60,626 bases of DNA, taken from sequence record NC_070971.1; one strand, written 5' to 3'. The notes below the pieces were generated by a model, which was given only the letters and a program-made list of their open reading frames with translations, did no database searches and was not told the origin of the DNA. Origin of the DNA: Pseudomonas virus PBPA162. Shown one piece after another: positions 27,379-36,985 of the stretch (position 1 is the stretch's first letter; every line of letters starts with the position of its first letter). Position numbers and translations under genes: made by a program.

Positions 27379-27801
27379 TCAGTTTTTTACGTCAGCTTCC
27401 AGCATACCTTCACGGAAGGTGACCATTGCGCCGGCGATAGTCTGAACCTCTGCAAACAGGTCCGGGAGCAGGTTGAACAGGTATACGATGTTGTCCTCGG
27501 TGCAATCCAGCAGCGCACCACCTTCGTCGCGTACCATGCTCCAATCCCTGACTACGGTCTTGGCGTAAACTTCCACCATGATACCGCGCAGGACTTCGGC
27601 GTCGATGGTGTCGTTTTCGATCTGACGACGATGCGGCTTGAGGGCCACTTCCATGACGCGCTGGAATGCGGCGTTACCTCCGCCAGCACGCGCAATGGTC
27701 ATGGTGATCTTTTCACCGGTTTCTTCGTCGACGCCGAACTCGACAACGCGTCCGTCTTTTTCCAGGGATTTGTCGGTTTTATACTGCTTGAAGAGGCTCA
27801 T
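27379..27801 (-). CDS. Tail assembly chaperone G-like. Ends at slippery heptamer A_AAA_AAC.
   Basis: Located between the major tail and tape measure genes. Terminal codons are GAC GTA AAA AAC TGA. Confidence 0.6.
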   Translation of the reverse strand: MSLFKQYKTDKSLEKDGRVVEFGVDEETGEKITMTIARAGGGNAAFQRVMEVALKPHRRQIENDTIDAEVLRGIMVEVYAKTVVRDWSMVRDEGGALLDCTEDNIVYLFNLLPDLFAEVQTIAGAMVTFREGMLEADVKN

Positions 27802-27826
27802 ATGGTATCTCCGTTGGTGTTGTTAC

Positions 27827-29338
27827 TTACGCCCAGGAGGGCAGTTGGGGGAAGTGCACATACAGCAGAGTATGCCCGAAAGGCGACTCGGCTGCAACGT
27901 TTTCCAGCGGAATAGTTACGGCGCTGTTGAGCTCCACGCCCAGCATGCCGCCGCCAAGGGTCAACAGCGGGATGTCGTAGACGATGCCGTTGTTGTTCTT
28001 GACCAGGATGATATCCATGGTAACGTCGCTGTTGTTGTTGATGGCGTTCAGTGCACGTACGTCTTGGAAGTACGCGGTGGTAGAGCCGCCCACTTCGAAG
28101 TTGCCAACGTTGATGTCGAAGTTGCCCAGGACACCAATGGCTTTGGCACCGGCGCCGCCGTTGTTAATGGTGATGGTCATTTCGGTAGCGTACATGAACA
28201 GCGGGTCATGCTGGCCAACCAGTTGGAACGCCAGGCGGCGAACGTCGCTGGAGGTGTTGAACGCGTCTTGTTTGACAAGGGCCGGACGTGAACCAGGCAA
28301 AAGGCCTTGCGCCCCGCTACGGGCCTGGGAGTCGCACGCAACGAAGGCAAACTCCGCGGTCACCTTGTCGGCAGACGCAACGTTGATGGTCAGTTCGTTG
28401 GCAACCGAGCCGGTGACGTACTGGCTCATAACGCCGTCGGCGTCATTACCCAGGGTACGCTCGAACGCGAAGGTGAAGCGCTCGATTAAGGCAGGGTCGG
28501 GTTCGTTGCGGATGACGGTACCCAGGCGCACTTGCAGGCTGACGCCGGTTCCGGCTTGGGCTTCGCGGGTCTTCCAGCTCACCTTGTCCAGGACGAGGTA
28601 ATCAGCGCTGATGCGACCAACGCGGGCGAAGCCCTTGCTGTTCGGGAAGCTGGTAGAAGCTTCTTCACCGCCGAGGAAGATCCATTCGCCGCCAATGACA
28701 CCCAGTGCAGCGGCGATGCCGGTAGCGCTCAGACGCAGCTCACCATTGGTGAGGGTGATAGACGCAGCACCCGCCGCGAAGCTGTGGCCAACCTGTACCA
28801 GGCTAGCGGTTGCTGGCGGGTTAGCTTCGGCGGCCAGGCCGGCGCACAGCACGCTAGTGCCGTCGATGGCGGTGACCAGCTTAACGCCGTTGTTAGCAGC
28901 AGTGCTGAAGCCCTGGGCCATAACCACACTACCAACCTTCAGCTTGGCCGCCACCGTTGCGTTTACCGCGTAGCCGTCGGCCACGGTTACCGCAGTGATG
29001 GGCAGCGGTGCGGTGTTCAGCGGCGTGGTGGTTGCACGTTCGCGGGCAGCCGCAAACATGAAGCCTTCCATGAAGTGCTGGTGGTTCAGGTTGGTGAGGT
29101 CGCTGGTGTAGCCGGCGGAAGCTTCCTTGTCGGTTACTACGCCCTTCTGGTTCTGGCGGCTGGCGTTGATGGGCTGGCGGGCTACGGTGGTGGTGGTGCC
29201 ACCAAAGTCGCCGTAGCTGTTAGGCTCCAGCGGACGCCAGATTGGTGCGTCTTCGGCTTCGTTCAAGCACTTTTCCAACGCGTAGCGTAGGCCAGTGTTG
29301 TTCGAATCCACTTTGTATACAGGACAGTTCCGAGCCAT
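27827..29338 (-). CDS. Putative major tail protein (large, 503 aa)
   Basis: RBS AGGAG upstream of the ATG at 29338. Its position before G/GT and its Gly/Ala/Thr-rich composition fit. Confidence 0.5.
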   Translation of the reverse strand: MARNCPVYKVDSNNTGLRYALEKCLNEAEDAPIWRPLEPNSYGDFGGTTTTVARQPINASRQNQKGVVTDKEASAGYTSDLTNLNHQHFMEGFMFAAARERATTTPLNTAPLPITAVTVADGYAVNATVAAKLKVGSVVMAQGFSTAANNGVKLVTAIDGTSVLCAGLAAEANPPATASLVQVGHSFAAGAASITLTNGELRLSATGIAAALGVIGGEWIFLGGEEASTSFPNSKGFARVGRISADYLVLDKVSWKTREAQAGTGVSLQVRLGTVIRNEPDPALIERFTFAFERTLGNDADGVMSQYVTGSVANELTINVASADKVTAEFAFVACDSQARSGAQGLLPGSRPALVKQDAFNTSSDVRRLAFQLVGQHDPLFMYATEMTITINNGGAGAKAIGVLGNFDINVGNFEVGGSTTAYFQDVRALNAINNNSDVTMDIILVKNNNGIVYDIPLLTLGGGMLGVELNSAVTIPLENVAAESPFGHTLLYVHFPQLPSWA

Positions 29339-29349
29339 GGCGGATACTC

Positions 29350-29778
29350 CTATTGGATTGAATCGTAGGTGAAGTCTACAATCACGTGAAGCTGGCTCCA
29401 CATGTCCCTGCTGTCCACTTCGCGGATGCCAGGATTGCGGAACCATACGTGACAGGTTGTTGCCTTGCGGTACGCCGACACAATCGCATACGCCAGCTTG
29501 TACAGCTCGGTATTACCCTGCCCAATAGGGCAGTGGAGTTGAATAAACAGCTTACCATTGCTGGTCCACCGTTTCAACTCCTCAAGGGGTCCAGTCAGTG
29601 AAGACTGAAACCCATTGTTGTGGCGGAGTATAGCACGCGCCCAAGTGCCAGCACCAGCATTATCCCCCATGGGTAAGTCGTCAAACTTGACGTTGCTCAT
29701 GGTGTGGCCATACTGCCGCCATGCGTCATAGAACGGGGTTAGGATTTCGTTCCTTGCCTGGATATAGTCAACGCTCAC
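29350..29778 (-). CDS. Hypothetical protein (tail terminator/completion position)
   Basis: Position only. Confidence 0.35.
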   Translation of the reverse strand: MSVDYIQARNEILTPFYDAWRQYGHTMSNVKFDDLPMGDNAGAGTWARAILRHNNGFQSSLTGPLEELKRWTSNGKLFIQLHCPIGQGNTELYKLAYAIVSAYRKATTCHVWFRNPGIREVDSRDMWSQLHVIVDFTYDSIQ

Positions 29779-30149
29779 CGGTTAACTCCAAATGCGTACA
29801 GCAGCACGGTGGCCCCAGGTTGCAGCACCTGGCACCATTCCACTTTGTAGCGCTGACCGGCATCGGTCAATACATGGAATGTTTCCAGATGGTTTTGGTC
29901 CCCTGCTACTAGAACAATGTTGTCAGCAGTCTTGTGCAAATCCCAATCCTGCCAGGATGACCCAAAGTCGTTACCTTTGAACGGCACCATTACCCCCATC
30001 AGTGGTCCAATAACCACAGGGGTGCTAGTGCCGCCGTTCCAAGGCTGGTCCGGGTCCGTTTGTACTTCAATCTTCTCAAAGCCAAAAGGCCGACCGTGTT
30101 TAGCGATCAGCCTTTTTGCTAGGAGCAGATACTTCTCATGCTGCACCAT
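29775..30149 (-). CDS. Hypothetical head-tail joining protein
   Basis: Position only. Confidence 0.35.
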   Translation of the reverse strand: MVQHEKYLLLAKRLIAKHGRPFGFEKIEVQTDPDQPWNGGTSTPVVIGPLMGVMVPFKGNDFGSSWQDWDLHKTADNIVLVAGDQNHLETFHVLTDAGQRYKVEWCQVLQPGATVLLYAFGVNR

Positions 30150-30652
30150 TACCGGTAAACCCTTCCGTTACTGGGACGCACAAGGCCCCGCATCAGGGAA
30201 TCGGCGGCGGGATATGGTCGAACAAGAACTCCTCCCATTCCGACGCCTCCAGTTTTAAACGATTTCTTTTCTTGGATCGGTCCGACTTTCTCGAGTGTTT
30301 CCGTAACAACGAATCCCGATTCATCCAGGACCGGCTCTGCGTATAAAGGATGCTGGCTTGATCGGATTGCATACTCGCACACCGCCTTTTTCAGCGAGTC
30401 CGGAATGCCGTCCCATTTCTTGCGAGGGAATGACAGGGCCTGAGTATCCGTCAGGCGGGTAGAAAGGAACAAACAACCCCAGCGGGTTTCAACATAGTCC
30501 GTTGCAGCGACAATGCTTTGTTCCTTTTTCTCCACCGTCAGGTCCGCCCACTCCTGGCGCCCGCGCAATGCAAAGTACGCGTCAGCATACGCCACATCAA
30601 TATATGCGTTTGCGTTCGGCAGCCCTGATCCATCTTCAACAATGAGACTCAT
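30149..30652 (-). CDS. Head-tail connector/adaptor (gp6-like)
   Basis: The N-terminal YIDVAYADAYFALRG resembles the gp6-like connector motif. Confidence 0.45.
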   Translation of the reverse strand: MSLIVEDGSGLPNANAYIDVAYADAYFALRGRQEWADLTVEKKEQSIVAATDYVETRWGCLFLSTRLTDTQALSFPRKKWDGIPDSLKKAVCEYAIRSSQHPLYAEPVLDESGFVVTETLEKVGPIQEKKSFKTGGVGMGGVLVRPYPAADSLMRGLVRPSNGRVYR

Positions 30653-30826
30653 TCGTTACTCCGTATATATCTCGGCGAAGTAGTCTTCAGCGTAAGAGTT
30701 CCCTTCGCCCCCAGGTGGGGGCGGTTCGGAGCTTTTCTCCCGGGAACGCTTACGGTTCCAATACAATTGCGCTTGAAGGAGCGCTTTGACGGAACGTTTG
30801 GAAGAAAAGCCCGCGAACCGCGCCAT

Positions 30827-31495
30827 TTACTTGGACCCCGGAATGCGCTTACGCTTGTTCAGGGCGTCGTCCAGAGGGGAAACCCCGAGCCGCTTGGCCA
30901 GCTCGGCGCCCATGCGGGCAAGCTCTTTCAGCTCCGGCGCGTTCTGGATACGCATCTCGGTATGCTTGCGTTGGGCCATCAGGTAGGCGGTGATGACGCT
31001 CTGCGAGTTGGTGGTGCCACGCATACGCGAAAGCTCGCTTTCGGCCTTGTAGACGTAATCTTGTACCTGGCGGATCTCAGCCTCAACCTTGGAGCGCATA
31101 TCCATCAGCTCCGCAATGCGGGCATGGGCCGACTCCAGATGCCCTTCCAGGACAGCAGTGGGGTTTTCTTCCTTCACGCCCTCGTCGGCCTCGGTTTCCG
31201 GCTGGGCTTGGGTGGGCTGAGCGGTAGTGGTAACCACATTGGTAGGCTCGGCGGCTTGCTCGGGCGCCGGCGTGCTTTCGGTGGCATTGTCGGTGCCAGG
31301 TTCGGTGGCCGTGGTAGCGGCCTGGCGGGCCTTGTCGCGGCTGAACTCCGGGTCGGCGCGAACAACGTCTTCGCGGGTGTACTTGGCACCGCTGAAGGCA
31401 TTCACGATGGCCAGGGCAGGTTCACCGGTTTGGGTCCAGTGGGCGTTGTTTTCCGGGTCCAACTTGGACAGGGCGTCTTTCAGTTTCTCGGTCAT
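30827..31495 (-). CDS. Hypothetical protein with acidic T/P-rich linker (head module)
   Basis: 222-aa ORF between the capsid and connector genes. Confidence 0.45.
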   Translation of the reverse strand: MTEKLKDALSKLDPENNAHWTQTGEPALAIVNAFSGAKYTREDVVRADPEFSRDKARQAATTATEPGTDNATESTPAPEQAAEPTNVVTTTAQPTQAQPETEADEGVKEENPTAVLEGHLESAHARIAELMDMRSKVEAEIRQVQDYVYKAESELSRMRGTTNSQSVITAYLMAQRKHTEMRIQNAPELKELARMGAELAKRLGVSPLDDALNKRKRIPGSK

Positions 31496-31584
31496 AGCGA
31501 CCTCCAGTAAAAGGGACTACAGCCCCCGCAGTATATGGGCTGTAGTCGTTATGCGCAAGCGTTAAGGTTGGAGATAGTAGGTTG

Positions 31585-31812
31585 TTATGAACCCTCATGG
31601 GGTTCAGGTTCGGGTTCGGGTTCGGGGACTTCGTTGGTCATAGCTTCAATTTGCTCGAAGGTATAACCTTGTTGCCTTAACAAAGTATCCAGGATATAGC
31701 TTTTACTGAAGGACAAACGTTGTGCTTGTTCTTCTAACCATGCGAGAAACCAAGTGCTGTGACGCAGTCGCTCCAGCTTTCGGTGGCGTACGTAACGTGG
31801 GCGGCTTCGCAT
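31585..31812 (-). CDS. Small hypothetical protein with EPEPEPEP tail
   Basis: RBS AAGGAG immediately after the capsid-gene terminator. Confidence 0.45.
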   Translation of the reverse strand: MRSRPRYVRHRKLERLRHSTWFLAWLEEQAQRLSFSKSYILDTLLRQQGYTFEQIEAMTNEVPEPEPEPEPHEGS

Positions 31813-31830
31813 AGATATTTCTCCTTGTAG

Positions 31831-31858
31831 AAAAAAGCCCCGGATGACCGGGGCTTTT
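31831..31858 (-). terminator. Rho-independent terminator after the major capsid gene
   Basis: On the minus strand, AAGCCCCGG-tcat-CCGGGGCTT is followed by TTTTTT. Confidence 0.6.
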
Positions 31859-31872
31859 GACGTTACCAGCGA

Positions 31873-32907
31873 TTAGTACTCGCGAGTAACCAGCTTGGCG
31901 ATGCGAATCATCTTGCGCTCGCTCCAGGCACGGCTCCAGCTCGACGCAGCAGCCAGGTTGCCGGCGCTGCTGGCGTTGGACGGACCGCCGTTCGGGAAGC
32001 CCTGGCCGATGAAGGCGTAGCCTTTCGGGTGCATTGCCCATTCCACGCGGTTGTACAGGATTTCCTGACCGCCACCGTTACCGGAGTCTTCCTTACGCTC
32101 GACAGCCGTCGGCACCTTGGGCGAGTTCTGACCGAATGCGAATGCGCCAGCACCCATGATCCAGGTTTCGAACACGCCGTTGCCATCGGTGGGCATGCCG
32201 TCGTCGACGATGACTTCCCGGCCCAGGAAGGTGGGGATCAGGATCTCGCCGCGTGCGTCGGGGATGAAGTCGATCAGGTTGTTCTTCTGCATGCGAGCGT
32301 ACACAACCGAATGCACCATGACCATGCGGAGGTCTTCCATGCGGTCGCCCATGGTCAGGCAGCCATCGATGAAGGCCTCGGCGCTGAAGTCGGTCACGCC
32401 CTTGACGTACGCGGAGCCGCTGATGTCGTGGATCATGTCGTTCTGCGTCTGGTTACCGGCAGGGGTAGCCAGGGCGTTGGCCGCAAACACACCCTTCACG
32501 GTGGAGACGAAGAGCTGTTGCAAACGGCGGACCCAGTAGTCCGACACGCGGTTGGCGATAGCGTTCATGGGGTCCGGGCCTGCCAGTGCGGCAGTGAGGT
32601 CCATGCTCGACCAGGAGTTGTTACGGCTCAGACGAACCTGCACTTCGGTAGCGGTGCCGATCTTGTTCGGCGTGGACTTGACCGCCGGATCGTCGCTGCT
32701 GATGTTTTCCTCGTCGTTGTCCAGATCCTTGAACGACGGGATGTTGAAGGTCAGACCTCCGCCGCCCAGCAGGTTGCTGAGCTCTTGGCTGTACTCGACC
32801 GCGCTGGACTGGATCAGTCGCGAACGTTCGCGGGTGATTTGTTGAACATATCCGGTAAAGATCTCCGGGACCACAACATCGGAAATTCGAGTTACGCCCT
32901 GACTCAT
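31873..32907 (-). CDS. Major capsid protein
   Basis: RBS AGGAG. 344 aa. Its position after the scaffold and before the connector genes fits, and it is flanked by terminators as expected for high expression. Confidence 0.7.
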   Translation of the reverse strand: MSQGVTRISDVVVPEIFTGYVQQITRERSRLIQSSAVEYSQELSNLLGGGGLTFNIPSFKDLDNDEENISSDDPAVKSTPNKIGTATEVQVRLSRNNSWSSMDLTAALAGPDPMNAIANRVSDYWVRRLQQLFVSTVKGVFAANALATPAGNQTQNDMIHDISGSAYVKGVTDFSAEAFIDGCLTMGDRMEDLRMVMVHSVVYARMQKNNLIDFIPDARGEILIPTFLGREVIVDDGMPTDGNGVFETWIMGAGAFAFGQNSPKVPTAVERKEDSGNGGGQEILYNRVEWAMHPKGYAFIGQGFPNGGPSNASSAGNLAAASSWSRAWSERKMIRIAKLVTREY

Positions 32908-33025
32908 GTGGCGTCTCCTATTCTATTGAGTGAAGGTGATTTGACCCGCCACATAGCCCGGTCAAATAAAATGGCTTCAAGCCATGCCCGGGAGCTTAGC
33001 TTGAAGCCAAGGTGGATGTCAAGCC

Positions 33026-33838
33026 TTATTTTTCGGGGATGGGACCGCCAATGGTGGTACCGGCGGACTCAGCCATGCGCTTGGCCACTTCGGCGCCTCG
33101 TTCCTTGAAGATTTGGCCCTGTTTGGTCATGTTCCAACCGGCCTTGCTCCACGGGTTAACACCGCCGCCGGTGCCGTTGCCGCCGCCCACAGCGCCGCCA
33201 CCGTGGCTAGCCGGCCACCAGTGCGCACGGTTGGTACGCAGTTCGTTGAAGAAGCCTTCCGCGTCCAGGCCTTCGCCGTACGGGCTGCCTTCTTTAACGC
33301 GAACAGAGCCGTCTTCAGTAACCACAAGGTGGCGCTCGGCGAGCATCTGGGCGTCTTCGATGGCGCTCGGTAGCATCTTGAGCTTGTCAGCTGCCACGCG
33401 AACGGCGTCGTGCACAGTGCGGATGGTGCGCTCGGCGGTCAGGCTTTCAACGGTGGACTTGGCTTCGGCCAGTTGCTTGGTCAGCTCGCTGACTTGGCGC
33501 TCCAGCGGGCGGGTCTTGGAGGCCAGGCGGGCTTCTACCAGCTCATCGACCTTCTTCGGGTCTTTGGAGGCGGCCGCAGCGGCTTCCAGTTCGTCGAAGC
33601 GGTCCAGACGGGAAACGACGTCTTCGATGTCCATGCCGTCCAGAGCGGAGAAGACTTGCTTGGTGCGCTTGTGCGCGTCGCGCTCGGCTTGCAGGGCCTT
33701 CTGTACACGGTCGACGTCGGCCTGGGTTTTCATGCCCTCGACACCAACCAGATGGAACTCGCCATCTTTCTCTTCGTACAGGCTGTGGAACTTAGCATCC
33801 ACTTCGGACAGGTCTTTGACGATCAGTTTCAGTTTCAT
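33026..33838 (-). CDS. Scaffolding protein
   Basis: Charged coiled-coil protein between the portal and capsid genes. Confidence 0.55.
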   Translation of the reverse strand: MKLKLIVKDLSEVDAKFHSLYEEKDGEFHLVGVEGMKTQADVDRVQKALQAERDAHKRTKQVFSALDGMDIEDVVSRLDRFDELEAAAAASKDPKKVDELVEARLASKTRPLERQVSELTKQLAEAKSTVESLTAERTIRTVHDAVRVAADKLKMLPSAIEDAQMLAERHLVVTEDGSVRVKEGSPYGEGLDAEGFFNELRTNRAHWWPASHGGGAVGGGNGTGGGVNPWSKAGWNMTKQGQIFKERGAEVAKRMAESAGTTIGGPIPEK

Positions 33839-33878
33839 TGAGGTACTCCCGGCGCATGCCGCTTAGTAAAGCCCAGGA

Positions 33879-35381
33879 TCATTCCTGGGCAGGGTTGATT
33901 ACAGGCGCCCCCGGTGCTGTGCCGTCTGGCCCAGCCCCTGGCGCGCCCGTTACCTCGGGTACCAGACCCGAAGCTTGTTCTTTCTGGATGGCAGCCAATT
34001 CATTGATGTAATCCATGACTGTCATTCCACGGTCAGCCAACGCAGCGTGCAGACTTTCCAAGCTGATGGGCAAGCCCATTTGTTTGGCAGTCATCAGGTC
34101 AACGAAGTTTCGGCCTTCCAGCGAGAAGTTGACGTACTCGGTATTCGGCGTAACCTTGACCTTGCTTTCGTCCAGTCCCATCCAACGGGCGATGAAACGA
34201 AGTGCTCGCTCCAGGCCTGCCGCACCAGTGGTAGCGATCTGGTTGAGCGTGGCAGTTTGTGCGTTGAAGCGGGTACTAAGCGCAACGCCCGACTCTTGCT
34301 GAGCGCCTTCGGCTTGCACCAACCGACCGGCCTTAATTTGCGCCCTTTTACGGTCGTTGTCAAGCGCGATTCGCTGTTCTTGCAAACCGCTACCGCTAAC
34401 GCCAATATACTTGGCATCGCCTTTCTCGTCAACGTCAATACGGGAACCCGCACCAACGCGGATGGCGCCGTCGTTGCAGCCGTCTGCCTGATTCATACCA
34501 CCTTTAACCACAAGGGTATCTTGGCCCTGCATGAATAGGTTCTGGCGGTAGTCAGCTTCGCCTTGGTAAATGCCGATGCAGTCGTACAGAAGGCTGGCCA
34601 GCGGAGGGATGTCGGGCTTGGGCAGCAAGTCCTTGGTGTTAATGAACACGAAAGGAATTGCGTCCAGTTCACGGCCCTGGATTTGCAGTGACACCAGGCT
34701 TTGCGGGTTCCACTCCAGGTTATCCCCGGAGAAGACGCCGCAGCGGTACGGGGCGTTCTCCTCGTTACTGACCAGATCACCTAGCACGAGAACCCGGTAC
34801 TGCTCTTTCTGCTGCCAGGTGAAACCGTCTTCCGCCCGGCGATACCCGCTTTCGTTGAGCACCACAAGGTTGAGAACACCCCGACCATCACTGTACTCGG
34901 TAGCATCCCAGTTGGGAATGTTCTCGCACTCGTACATGGCAAGGTAGGGCCTGGGGCTTTCGCCAGGAAGGGGCGTCTGGAAGTCAGCCAGTATACCCAG
35001 GCGACCGACAAGCACCTGCTCAACGTTCAGCCGGCGGTGAATGGCGCTCAGCGGCTCACCAGCGGGGCTAGCATGTTCGCGCAGATACTCCATCTCGGGC
35101 GGCAGCTCGACGATAGCAGCTTTCTGGTGCATGAGGCCGACCAGAATTTCTACCGCTTCCTGGACGTACTCGGGAACCCTGGCGCGTTGCTTGTAGGCGG
35201 TGTAGGCCTTGTAGCCCACCCCGTTATATTCCATTCCGTCAAGCTCCATGCCGACGGTTGCGGGGAGATACGTCACGCCTTGTTGCTTGACTTTCTCAGG
35301 CCCTTCGTAGAAGTCGCGAAGCTTCTTCCACAGCCCGGAATACTTTTCGTATTCCGGATGTTGACTTTTTAGACCGGACAT
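33879..35381 (-). CDS. Portal protein
   Basis: 500 aa, immediately downstream of the large terminase. Confidence 0.7.
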   Translation of the reverse strand: MSGLKSQHPEYEKYSGLWKKLRDFYEGPEKVKQQGVTYLPATVGMELDGMEYNGVGYKAYTAYKQRARVPEYVQEAVEILVGLMHQKAAIVELPPEMEYLREHASPAGEPLSAIHRRLNVEQVLVGRLGILADFQTPLPGESPRPYLAMYECENIPNWDATEYSDGRGVLNLVVLNESGYRRAEDGFTWQQKEQYRVLVLGDLVSNEENAPYRCGVFSGDNLEWNPQSLVSLQIQGRELDAIPFVFINTKDLLPKPDIPPLASLLYDCIGIYQGEADYRQNLFMQGQDTLVVKGGMNQADGCNDGAIRVGAGSRIDVDEKGDAKYIGVSGSGLQEQRIALDNDRKRAQIKAGRLVQAEGAQQESGVALSTRFNAQTATLNQIATTGAAGLERALRFIARWMGLDESKVKVTPNTEYVNFSLEGRNFVDLMTAKQMGLPISLESLHAALADRGMTVMDYINELAAIQKEQASGLVPEVTGAPGAGPDGTAPGAPVINPAQE

Positions 35382-36985
35382 TAAGTTCCCCTTGTCTTGC
35401 CAGTCCTAGCCCCGGTATTGGTGCTGAGGATTTTGTATCGCACTTCATCCCCCAGGTGGTCTTCGGACTCGGTGTCAACGTCGTCCGGATCAACCTCGTC
35501 CCTTGGCAGGCACGGGAACAGTTCGAGGAAGTCTGTGCAGGTGTTGAATACATACATGCCAGGCCTGGTACGGGGAACGCGACGATCGGTGAGCTGCCCA
35601 TCGTCATCCCTGGCGTACTGTACCTTAGCATTCTCCAGGTATGAACGGACCCGTTCCCAGCCACTCTTACGGCTACCGGGCGATTTGTCCGAACGCCGCC
35701 ACCATACACCACTGTATACCTTGCCGTCAATAACAACTTCTTTCTGCATATCTGCGGCAATGCTGTTGCCGTTCATAAGATCGAAGATGCTATTGTCCGC
35801 TGGGCCTGGTTGGGCTCGGCCATGGATACCCATGCGCATTTCGCGCACAACAATACCGCGTGTGATTTCGCTGGCAAGCATACGCAGGCCTTCGTTAGCT
35901 TTGCCTGTGCTACCGTACCACTCACCAATACGGAACAAGTCACCCTTAACCGTGGACATCCAAGTACCGTCAGGCAGTTGTACGTCGCTGCCATCACTTT
36001 CAGCCCACCAGCCAACCGAGAACGGACGGCTTGAACCGTAGTCGAAGGAACGGTCAATCTTCCAATGATGTGGGATAGTGAACGGAGCGATAAAGTGCTG
36101 TTCCTGATCCCAAACATCGTCGAACATACCACCAGCAACGACGTCCCAACTACCGCCAAGCCATGCCTTGCGCTTATTGGGGTCTTTGATCTTTTCTAGC
36201 TCTGCCACGTACTCAGGATCAAGATACTTGTTCTCTTTGTACGTGCCAAAGATGTGTGTCTGCACCTTCTCGATCACTTGCCGCTTTTGCGTGCGAGGGT
36301 TGAACACGTCAGTAGCCACACGGTGGAAGCGGCCAGGCGGTGCCACGTCGATGAAGCGCTTCTTCACCCAGTTGTGACCGGCACCGAACGGGTTGCATGT
36401 TGCAAACACTTCCAACGGGATTGGCGGAATCAGGTAGCTTCGCGCATGCCGGTGCCACTCGTCGCACAGCACCATGCGCCCCGTCTTGTCATAAATCGAG
36501 CCATCATAGTACAGCGGATGGTCTTCTGGGCGGAACGAGCTACGGTTACACGACATCAACGCTTCAAACAGCGTGTCCGTCGGGTACTTGGTAAGTTCGT
36601 TCCAACCAATGAAGGGAAACTCCTGACCGTGGTAATCCCAGTAGTCCTCATCGCGGCTTGCTGTGCGGAAAAGAAGCTCTTCCCCACTAGGCCATACCCA
36701 ACGAAAGTCTGACTTGGAACTGAGGAAGCGAGCACCGTCCTTGAACTCCGGGAACCAGCGTTGGGACTTGGACACCAAGTCATCCAAGTTCTTGTAACGA
36801 CGGTCAAAGATCACCCCTCTCCAGTGCCGGCCATACCCCTGGCCAACCCTGCGCCGAAATCGCATCAACTGTGCGTCGGTCTTACCAGGGCCACGGGAGC
36901 CGTGGTATAGCATGATGTGTGCAGGGCACGACATCGCAAGCGTTTGCGACCCAGGCAGAGGAGTCCATACAACTTTCTTATTCAT
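35381..36985 (-). CDS. terL: Terminase large subunit
   Basis: Walker A GSRGPGKTD near the N-terminus. ATGA coupling with the upstream small-subunit gene. Confidence 0.85.
   Translation of the reverse strand: MNKKVVWTPLPGSQTLAMSCPAHIMLYHGSRGPGKTDAQLMRFRRRVGQGYGRHWRGVIFDRRYKNLDDLVSKSQRWFPEFKDGARFLSSKSDFRWVWPSGEELLFRTASRDEDYWDYHGQEFPFIGWNELTKYPTDTLFEALMSCNRSSFRPEDHPLYYDGSIYDKTGRMVLCDEWHRHARSYLIPPIPLEVFATCNPFGAGHNWVKKRFIDVAPPGRFHRVATDVFNPRTQKRQVIEKVQTHIFGTYKENKYLDPEYVAELEKIKDPNKRKAWLGGSWDVVAGGMFDDVWDQEQHFIAPFTIPHHWKIDRSFDYGSSRPFSVGWWAESDGSDVQLPDGTWMSTVKGDLFRIGEWYGSTGKANEGLRMLASEITRGIVVREMRMGIHGRAQPGPADNSIFDLMNGNSIAADMQKEVVIDGKVYSGVWWRRSDKSPGSRKSGWERVRSYLENAKVQYARDDDGQLTDRRVPRTRPGMYVFNTCTDFLELFPCLPRDEVDPDDVDTESEDHLGDEVRYKILSTNTGARTGKTRGT

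Noticed and set aside
30767-31510. 247-aa Gly/Arg-rich plus-strand ORF
   Set aside because: It is the antisense shadow of the 30827..31495 late gene. The low-complexity translation is typical of reverse-frame GC-rich DNA, and there is no RBS.
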